Shown here: one piece after another, positions 1 to 6,471 of the stretch
How the letters are laid out: each line of letters opens with the position of its first letter
Position numbering within the stretch: the first letter of the stretch is position 1
NCBI GenBank assembly: GCA_005191425.1
Contig: SUPR01000134.1
Location: 1 to 7,538, forward strand
DNA from: Candidatus Helarchaeota ASGARD archaeon Hel_GB_B
GTDB lineage: Archaea; Asgardarchaeota; Lokiarchaeia; Helarchaeales; HEL-GB-B
Length of the DNA: 7,538 nt
Direction: 5' to 3'
Position numbers and translations under genes: made by a program
The notes under the pieces: generated by a model
Seen by the model: only the letters and a program-made list of their open reading frames with translations
Told to the model about the DNA's origin: nothing
Databases searched by the model: none

Positions 1-2
1 AA

Positions 3-467
3 GAAAGTCTATTACTAAATTATACGATTATAATTAAATATTTATATGAGAAATATGGAAAAGATGAAGTTTTAGAATTCGGTAAAAAAATGGCTGAGTG
101 GAGTTCTAACTATAGAGTAGGATTCTTAAAAAAATCTCTTGTAAAATCTATAAATGTAATATCTCAAAAACAATTAGCAAATATGCTTATGAAAAATGTA
201 ATTGAAAATTTGCAGTATTTATTACCATTATCGCATGTAGATATGGAAGAATTACCAGAAGGACTAAAGGTTACAATTAAAGAATGTCCTTTAAAGAAAG
301 AATTAACAAAATTATTTAAAAAATTTAAAAGCGAAGCAGAACCAGAATTATATTGTATAACATATTGTAGATCTCTTTTTAAAGTATATCTTAAAGATTT
401 AGCTAACTTAAACTTCGAACACAATCTTAATAAAAATGGATGCGTTGTATCGGGTATGAAACGATAA
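3..467 (+). CDS. 5'-truncated hypothetical protein, probably V4R / ATC-hydrolase-like small ligand- or metal-binding domain
   Basis: The frame of the 90..467 ORF stays open to the window edge (ESLLLNYTIIIKYLYEKYGKDEVLEFGKK-MAEW...), so the true start is upstream. The Cys pattern TIKECP...YCITYC...NGC and the helix 'YEKYGKDEVLEFGKKM' resemble V4R/ATC-hydrolase-type domains; family call from recall only. Ends in TAA. Confidence 0.6.
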   Translation, partial: ESLLLNYTIIIKYLYEKYGKDEVLEFGKKMAEWSSNYRVGFLKKSLVKSINVISQKQLANMLMKNVIENLQYLLPLSHVDMEELPEGLKVTIKECPLKKELTKLFKKFKSEAEPELYCITYCRSLFKVYLKDLANLNFEHNLNKNGCVVSGMKR

Positions 468-501
468 ACATAATAATTATTTTTTAAATATCATTTTACT
501 T
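468..501. terminator. Short AT/T-rich gap between convergent genes, possible archaeal-type termination region
   Basis: Convergent stops at 467 and 502 with T-runs (tattttttaaa, tcattttactt) between them and no hairpin. Confidence 0.25.
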
Positions 502-1050
502 TTATATTTTAAATACTTCACGTATTCCTAATTTAAAAGCTAATAAATTGTCTTCTAAATATTTACTTTTACTCTCAGATTTTATTATTTTTATAATAGC
601 GTCCTCATTTATAGAATTAACAATTCTAGATAATGCACCCAGATAGCTCATATTTAAAGATGTGGGATATTTTATTGATTTTAAAATCTTTTTTTCGGGA
701 ATTAAATAAATTTTATTTTCATTAAATTGTTGCATTAATTTCTCATCGAAAAATGATTCACCCATTATAATCGTACATTTTTCATTAATTTGATTTTTAT
801 ATTTATTCAGCGCATCTCTTGCCATAATTATATAATAATCAAATTTATTAATATTTAATTCATAAATTTGTTCATTTTTATTCTCAGAAAAAATTATATC
901 AGCTGAAACTATTCCTTTACGTACTTCTGCTCCATATGTTTGTGTTTGAACCACATTTAAGCCCAATTCAAATATACTTTTTGCTAAAATAATTCCACTT
1001 TTTATCGCTCCTTGACCACCTATTCCAGTTATTCTAATTGTTTTAATCAT
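502..1050 (-). CDS. korC: 2-oxoacid:ferredoxin oxidoreductase gamma subunit
   Basis: N-terminal GIGGQG and QTQTYGAEVRKG (cf. QTQSYGPEARGG), late NMSYLGAL and NLLAFKLG motifs, 182 aa. A GAGGT RBS lies upstream (complement of acctc, 1060-1064). Substrate specificity cannot be assigned from sequence. Confidence 0.9.
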   Translation of the reverse strand: MIKTIRITGIGGQGAIKSGIILAKSIFELGLNVVQTQTYGAEVRKGIVSADIIFSENKNEQIYELNINKFDYYIIMARDALNKYKNQINEKCTIIMGESFFDEKLMQQFNENKIYLIPEKKILKSIKYPTSLNMSYLGALSRIVNSINEDAIIKIIKSESKSKYLEDNLLAFKLGIREVFKI

Positions 1051-1109
1051 TGATAAAATACCTCATAATACCTTAACTTATTTATAATAAAATATTTTTT
1101 AATTTAAAT

Positions 1110-1901
1110 TTATGAATGCATATTTTTATTATTTAAAATGTTATTCCTTAATTTATTTAATTGCTCACAAAATTCCGGTAAGTTCTTTTTTACAAAAATA
1201 CCAAATTTTAATTTATCATCTTTATTTTGGACCAATTTTTTGAAATAACGATAATAATCAATTATAGAAAGATTATTTTTACGTCCATATTCTGTAGGGC
1301 ATGGTGATAAAATTTCTACAAAAGAAAAACCTTTATGTATTATTGCATCTTTCATTATTTTTATTAATTTTCTTGGCTGAAATACAGTCCACCTTGCAAT
1401 GAAAGTACCACCAGCTGCCTCAACTAATTTACATAAATCAAATGGCTTTTCTGGATTTCCAAATGGTGTTGTGTCAGTTATGGCATTTTTAGGAGTGGTA
1501 GGAGCAACTTGACCGCCTGTCATCCCATAAATCATGTTATTAACTAGGAAAACCGTAATATCGATATTTCTTCTTGCTGCATGTATTAAATGGTTTCCAC
1601 CAATTCCTGCACCATCTCCATCACCTGTAAAAACTATTACAGTTAAGTTGTTATTAAAAACTTTCGCACCTGTAGCGTAAGCAATAGCTCTTCCATGAAC
1701 TGTATGAAATGTATCCAAATTTAAATATGGGCTTGGGATCCATGATGAACAGCCTATTCCTGAAACACATAAATAGGAATCTAAATCGATATCTAATTGA
1801 TCTATTGCTCTAATAAAACAATTTAATATGATCCCATTCCCACATCCTGAACAAAATTTATGTGGTAAATATCTTAAATATTTATTCATTATTTTTGACA
1901 T
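1110..1901 (-). CDS. korB: 2-oxoacid:ferredoxin oxidoreductase beta subunit (TPP, [4Fe-4S])
   Basis: FCSGCG, SGIGCS, HGRA, the TPP motif GDGD...NN, YGMTGGQVAPTT and ILSPCPT. The start overlaps the alpha stop; the alternative ATG at 1889-1887 gives a TAATG overlap. Confidence 0.93.
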   Translation of the reverse strand: MSKIMNKYLRYLPHKFCSGCGNGIILNCFIRAIDQLDIDLDSYLCVSGIGCSSWIPSPYLNLDTFHTVHGRAIAYATGAKVFNNNLTVIVFTGDGDGAGIGGNHLIHAARRNIDITVFLVNNMIYGMTGGQVAPTTPKNAITDTTPFGNPEKPFDLCKLVEAAGGTFIARWTVFQPRKLIKIMKDAIIHKGFSFVEILSPCPTEYGRKNNLSIIDYYRYFKKLVQNKDDKLKFGIFVKKNLPEFCEQLNKLRNNILNNKNMHS

Positions 1902-3022
1902 TTTAAATACCTTAAAATATTTTCTTTTATAAAATTTATACTAGGTATAACTCCACCTAATTTTTTTATACTAAATATCCTCCTTGGTCTTAAAACTCTT
2001 TGTACTTCCCGTACAGCCATTCCGTTGTTCATTTCTACAACAAAAATATCTGAAATATCTTCATGTACTAAATTATTCAAAATTTCATCTGGAAATGGCC
2101 AAATTGTTTTTAATTTAATAAAACCAATCTTTATTCCCTCCTGCCTTAAACTTAAAACTGCACCTAATGAGGGCCTTGCAGAAACACCCCACGAAATTAT
2201 TAATGATGTAGAATCTTCAATATGATGATATTCTAAATCTATTATATCTTTAGCTTGAGAAATTTTTGAACATATACGATTAATTGTTGATTCATGAACT
2301 TTTGGGTCATAATTTCTTTTACCTGAAATTTCATGAGCAGAACCGGTTATTAATAACTTTTTACCTTCCCCAAAATGAGCCATTGGTAATATATTATCAA
2401 TTAAATCGCTTGAGTTTATTCTATTATTTTTTAAACATTTTCGATTTATTATTTCAATTGCGCCCTTCTCTGGAATTATTAACTGCTCTCTAAAATGTCC
2501 AATAGCACCATCTAATAGGAGAATTACAGGTACTCTATATTTTTCTGATAAATTGAATGATCGAACAGTTAATTCAAATGTTTCTTGAACTGAACTAGGA
2601 CTCAAAACTATTGATTCATAATCACCATGAGCACCATATCTTGATTGATAAAATTCTTGTTGTGCAGGATAAGTAGCTTGTCCTGTTGATGGTCCAGATC
2701 TTTGTACGACAACAATGACAATAGGTGTTTCTGTATGATAAGCATAGGAAATGTTCTCTTGCATTAAACTGAAACCTGGGCCCGATGTTGCTGTCATTGC
2801 TTTTGCCCCTGCCCATGATGCTCCAATAATAGCTGCTGACGAAGCAATTTCATCCTCCATCTGTAAAAAATAACCACCATTCTCAGGTAAGTGTTTTGCC
2901 ATATATTCTGTAATTTCTGTTGCGGGTGTTATTGGATATCCCGCAAAAAAATTACATCCTGCATATAAAGCGCCTTCTGCGCATGCTATATCTCCTAATA
3001 CAAAATATCTTCCCGGCTTCAA
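1889..3022 (-). CDS. korA: 2-oxoacid:ferredoxin oxidoreductase alpha subunit (short, four-subunit type)
   Basis: FAGYPITP, QMEDEIAS, ATSGPGFSLMQE, QRSGPSTG, 377 aa with no fused gamma domain. TTG start with GAGG 7 nt upstream (complement 3030-3033). Confidence 0.93.
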   Translation of the reverse strand: MKPGRYFVLGDIACAEGALYAGCNFFAGYPITPATEITEYMAKHLPENGGYFLQMEDEIASSAAIIGASWAGAKAMTATSGPGFSLMQENISYAYHTETPIVIVVVQRSGPSTGQATYPAQQEFYQSRYGAHGDYESIVLSPSSVQETFELTVRSFNLSEKYRVPVILLLDGAIGHFREQLIIPEKGAIEIINRKCLKNNRINSSDLIDNILPMAHFGEGKKLLITGSAHEISGKRNYDPKVHESTINRICSKISQAKDIIDLEYHHIEDSTSLIISWGVSARPSLGAVLSLRQEGIKIGFIKLKTIWPFPDEILNNLVHEDISDIFVVEMNNGMAVREVQRVLRPRRIFSIKKLGGVIPSINFIKENILRYLKCQK

Positions 3023-3798
3023 CTAAATTCCTCTATTTTAAATATTTTTTATTAAATTTTTTTAAAAAATTATCAATTTTTTAAAATTTATGCTTAATTC
3101 ATTTTTAATTTTGTAATTTTATTATAAATTATATAATTAAACCTTTTTTAGAATTCTATTTTATAATATAAATTTTTAAATAAATGAAGGAAATAAATAT
3201 AGCAAATTTTTAAAATTTTATAATCTTTAATTTTTAAAATTAATTATCAGATTTATTAATTGTTATTCATTAAATTTTACTAAAATTTTATTATATTGTG
3301 AATTGAAAAAATAATACAAAAAAAAGTATAATATTAAAAAACCATTTAATAGTATTTCGATTTTATTTATTATTACTTTAATTAAATATTATTCTAAAAC
3401 TGACCAAATAGATTTGGCAAATTTTTATTTATGTTCATTAAACTAAAAATAGATTGTAAAATGATAATATAGTTTGAAAATATTTTATTTTATAAAAAAA
3501 TAATTGTATTTTTCTAATTTATTATAATAGGTTATCTTATAAAATTAATCAAAAAATATTATTCTATTTTGTCTATTTATTTTAAAAAAATTTAAATACA
3601 TAATTTTGGTTGGTTAGATGAAAGATAATATAAAGAGATTCTTATATTTAATAATAGAGTAGCAAGTAAATTAAAATTTAAAGAACAAAATAAAAAGAAA
3701 TTTTATATTAAAATTAATAAATGTTAAAAAATACAACATTTATTATGAATTATAAATAAAAAAATATGTTGAGGTGACGAAATAGAAAGGTGCTGTAG
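3023..3798. promoter_or_regulatory. Divergent promoter region between korA and hdrA
   Basis: 776-bp non-coding spacer, roughly 10% GC by eye, with several TATA-like boxes (e.g. TTATAAATA at 3750-3758, well placed for hdrA). Individual boxes are not reliable in DNA this AT-rich. Confidence 0.55.
3788..3792 (+). promoter_or_regulatory. Ribosome-binding site for hdrA
   Basis: AGGTG 6 nt before ATG 3799. Confidence 0.6.
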
Positions 3799-5751
3799 AT
3801 GTCTGAAGAAATCCGCATAGGTGTTTATGTTTGTGCTTGAGGCGTTAATATCGGTGGCGTTGTCGATGTAGAAGCTGTTGCAGAGTTTGCCAAAACCTTA
3901 CCAGGTGTTGTATTAGCTAAGACAAGTGCATTTACATGCTCAGAGCCAGGACAGGAAATGATCGCTGAAGATATAGTAAATCATAACTTAAATAGAGTTG
4001 TTGTAGGTGCATGTACACCAAAAATTCATGAACCTACATATAGAGCACTTGTAGAATCAGCTGGTCTAAGTCCATACTATTTTCAAATGGTAAATTTAAG
4101 AGAACATGTATCTTTTGTTAATCCATCATCAAAAGAGGAAGCAACTGAAAAAGCAAAAGCTTTAATTGCAGCTGGTGTTGAAAGAGCTCTTATTTTAGAT
4201 GATGTGCCTCTTAAAGAAATAGACGTCGTGAATCAAGTTTTAGTAATAGGAGCTGGTATTGGCGGTATTAGTGCATCACTTGCCATAGCTAACGCAGGTA
4301 TTAAAACATATCTTGTAGATTCTTTACCTAGCATTGGCGGAAAAATGGCACAGTTAGATAGAGTATTCCCAACTGATGATTGCGCTATTTGAATATTGGC
4401 TCCAAAAATGGTCGAAGCTTCAAGACATCCAAACATAGAGCTTAGAACTTATTGTGAAATTAAAGATATCAAAGGCAGCGCAGGACAATATAAAGTTACT
4501 ATCGAACATAAACCTACATATGTTGATTGGGATAAATGTACTGGTTGCGGTCGATGTATGGAGAAATGTCCAGTATTGGTTCCTAATGAATTTAACTATG
4601 GTTTAGGAACAAGAAAAGCTATAAACATTATTCATCCAAATGCAGTTCCTAAGAAAGCTTACATTGATATGGACGCGTGTATTAAATGTAAACAATGTCA
4701 AAAGAATTGTCTTGCTGATGCTATCAATTATGATATGGAACCTTGGTATGAAGAAATTGAAGTTGGTGCAATTGTAATTGCAACAGGATATGAAACTTAC
4801 GATATTGAAAAACATGGCGATTTCGGATATGGAAAATACTATAATGTTCTTACTCAAATTGAATTAGAAAGATTAATAAGTCCGACTGGACCAACAGGTG
4901 GCCACTTAAAAAGAATATCAGATGGTAAACGTCCAAAACGAATAGCAATGATTCAATGCGTTGGATCAAGGGATGTAAAAACCAATGCTTATTGTTCAGG
5001 TGGAGTTTGCTGTCTTGTTGCTATGAAAAATGCACAATTATTAATACAAGAATACGATGATATTGAAGTATCAATTTTCTATATTGATATAAGAACAACT
5101 TCTAAGGAAGAAGAAGAGTATTATGCAAGAATTCGTGGAGAATTTCCACAAATACGCTTTATTAAAGGAAAGGTTGCAGAAGTTAGAGAGGATCCAGAAA
5201 CGCATAATCTTATTGTTAGAAGCGAAGATGTTATCAGTGGTAAAATAATCAGTCAAGAATTTGATATGGTAGTTCTATCAACAGCAATGGTACCTCATCC
5301 AAAATCTAAACAAATTATGGATTTATTAGGGCTAGACAAAGCGCCATCAGGATTCTTTAAAGAAATCCATACATGTTTAAATCCCGTAGAAACAAAAGCA
5401 AGTGGAATATATATCGGTGGTGCCTGTAGAAATCCAATGGCAGTACCATATACAGTTTCAACTGCAAGAGCTGCAGCTGCAATGGCAATCGATTTTGTAT
5501 CAGCTGGGAAATTCAGACTAGAACTTATAAATCCAGTAATCGATGAATCATTATGTATAGGCTGTGGTACCTGCGAAAGAAATTGCTCATTTAATGCTAT
5601 AAAAATCGGAGATGATGGTATAGCCCATTTAAATGAAATAGCTTGCAAGGGTTGTGGCGTCTGTGCTTCAAGTTGTCCAGTAAAAGCTATATCATTTAGA
5701 TATTATCGTGATGAACAATTATTAAACGAAATTGATGCTATTATATTATAA
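3799..5751 (+). CDS. hdrA: Heterodisulfide reductase subunit A, selenoprotein with two Sec (U14, U198), 650 aa
   Basis: One continuous frame interrupted only by TGA 3838-3840 (MSEEIRIGVYVCA-U-GVNIGG, cf. VCHCGxNI) and TGA 4390-4392 (FPTDDCAI-U-ILAPKM, the CxxU site of methanococcal HdrA). Also FAD motif GAGIGG, inserted ferredoxin (CTGCGRC, CIKCKQC), ELER, QCVGSR...YCSGGVCC...AMKN and a C-terminal ferredoxin (CIGCGTC, CKGCGVC). Ends in TAA. Joins track ORFs 3958..4392 and 4396..5751. Confidence 0.96.
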
Positions 5752-5833
5752 CACGCCTATTTGATGACTACAATGATTAAAAGTTTAAAATCATTGTAGA
5801 AAAAAGGGTTTATGCGACCCTTAAGGCGTGTTA
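5749..5833 (+). ncRNA. SECIS element of hdrA (eukaryote-like core, variant) within a three-way junction
   Basis: ATGA 5764-5767; helix CTACAATGATT 5768-5778 / AATCATTGTAG 5789-5799; loop starting AAAA; GA 5799-5800; hairpin AAGGGT/ACCCTT 5804-5822; outer helix TAACACGCCT 5749-5758 / AGGCGTGTTA 5824-5833. Confidence 0.8.
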
Positions 5834-5942
5834 ATATCGAATTATAAATTTTATTCCCCTCAATACTAAAATAATGTTTAAAATTAACAATACTGTTAAT
5901 AAAATATATGTAAATATTAAAAAGCCCTAAATGTGAATTAAA

Positions 5943-6353
5943 ATGGAAGAACATTTTAGGGTAGTTGCATTTGCCTGTAATAAATGAGGTTATGGGGCTG
6001 CAGACCTCACAGGAACTACCCGAAATAAATATCCTACAGATATTAGGATTATTAGAGTAAGATGCACAGGACGTATCGATGCTTATCATCTACTTCATGC
6101 ATTTAGAAGTGGCGCGGATGCAGTAATGGTAGTATCTTGACATATCGGTGAATGTGATTTCAATAATGGTAATATAAAAGCATTATCTAGAGTTAACTTC
6201 GTTAAAAGAGTATTAGACAAAATTGGACTTGACGGAAGTAGAGTAAATTTATACGAATGTGGTGCAGCAGAATTCAATATATTCTTAGAATCAGTAGCTC
6301 ATACAATGAAAATCTTGAAAAAAATTGGCCCCAATCCACTTAAAAAAATGTAA
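5943..6353 (+). CDS. mvhD: MvhD/VhuD [2Fe-2S] subunit, selenoprotein with two Sec (U15, U66), 136 aa
   Basis: MEEHFRVVAFACNK-U-GYGAADLTGTTRNKYPTDIRIIRVRCTGRID...GADAVMVVS-U-HIGECDFNNGN...KIGPNPLKKM*. The TGAs at 5985-5987 and 6138-6140 match the two Sec positions of methanococcal VhuD (CxxU-GYGAAD and xU-xxG-E/D-C). Absent from the ORF track. Confidence 0.95.
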
Positions 6354-6424
6354 ATTTGAATGAGTCTCGAATGTAAAGATTTAAATTCGAGATGACAGCC
6401 CTTGAAAGCGAAGGGCTAAATTTA
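6351..6424 (+). ncRNA. SECIS element of mvhD/vhuD (eukaryote-like AUGA-AAA-GA) within a three-way junction
   Basis: ATGA 6360-6363; helix GTCTCGAAT 6364-6372 / ATTCGAGAT 6385-6393; loop containing AAA 6375-6377; GA 6394-6395; hairpin AGCCCTT/AAGGGCT 6397-6417; outer helix TAAATTT 6351-6357 / AAATTTA 6418-6424. Confidence 0.88.
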
Positions 6425-6458
6425 ATATAATAAATATTTAAAAAACTCTCCAAATAAA

Positions 6459-6465
6459 AAGGAGA
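6459..6465 (+). promoter_or_regulatory. Ribosome-binding site for the FrhB-family gene
   Basis: AAGGAGA ending 6 nt before ATG 6472. Confidence 0.65.
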
Positions 6466-6471
6466 TATACT

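Noticed and set aside
3023-3798. Hidden gene, CRISPR array, tandem repeat or mobile element in the AT-rich spacer (e.g. AAATATTATTCTA at 3384 and 3554)
   Set aside because: Only very short stop-rich frames, no regular repeat-spacer period and no terminal inverted repeats. Short AT-only repeats are expected by chance at this composition.
3958-5751. Track ORFs 3958..4392 and 4396..5751 as two genes
   Set aside because: They are in-frame pieces of one hdrA. The starts are internal Met54 and a TTG (Leu200), neither with an RBS.
5985-6009. Hairpin TGAGGT/ACCTCA around the first mvhD UGA, and a weak ATATCG/CGATGT stem after hdrA codon 14, as bacterial-type SECIS
   Set aside because: Short stems, not present after all four UGAs, without bacterial SECIS spacing or loop. 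The 3'-UTR elements explain recoding better.
164-6277. Opposite-strand or alternate-frame track ORFs (164..424, 2025..2225, 2284..2493, 2622..2816, 4233..4436, 4603..4857, 5071..5256, 5295..5648, 5757..6089, 6095..6277)
   Set aside because: They are shadows of well-supported genes, with no recognisable motifs or RBS.
3799-6353. Genome-wide UGA reassignment (Trp or Gly, codes 4/25) as the explanation for in-frame TGA
   Set aside because: Only four in-frame TGAs occur across seven CDSs, all at Cys-aligned positions in known selenoprotein families. Trp is encoded by TGG, and SECIS structures follow both genes.
3799-6353. hdrA and mvhD as pseudogenes or sequencing errors
   Set aside because: No frameshifts, no TAA or TAG interruptions, intact motifs and full lengths; three of the four TGAs match known Sec sites.
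5804-6417. Accessory hairpins (5804-5822, 6397-6417) as Rho-independent terminators
   Set aside because: Neither is followed by a U-tract, both are nested in an outer helix, and they share a loop motif. Kept as part of the SECIS finding.
6397-6417. GAA...A in CCCTT-GAA-AGCG-A-AGGG as a methanococcal-type SECIS
   Set aside because: There is no room for the G-C stem and apical loop above the GAA/A motif, and the hdrA counterpart lacks GAA.
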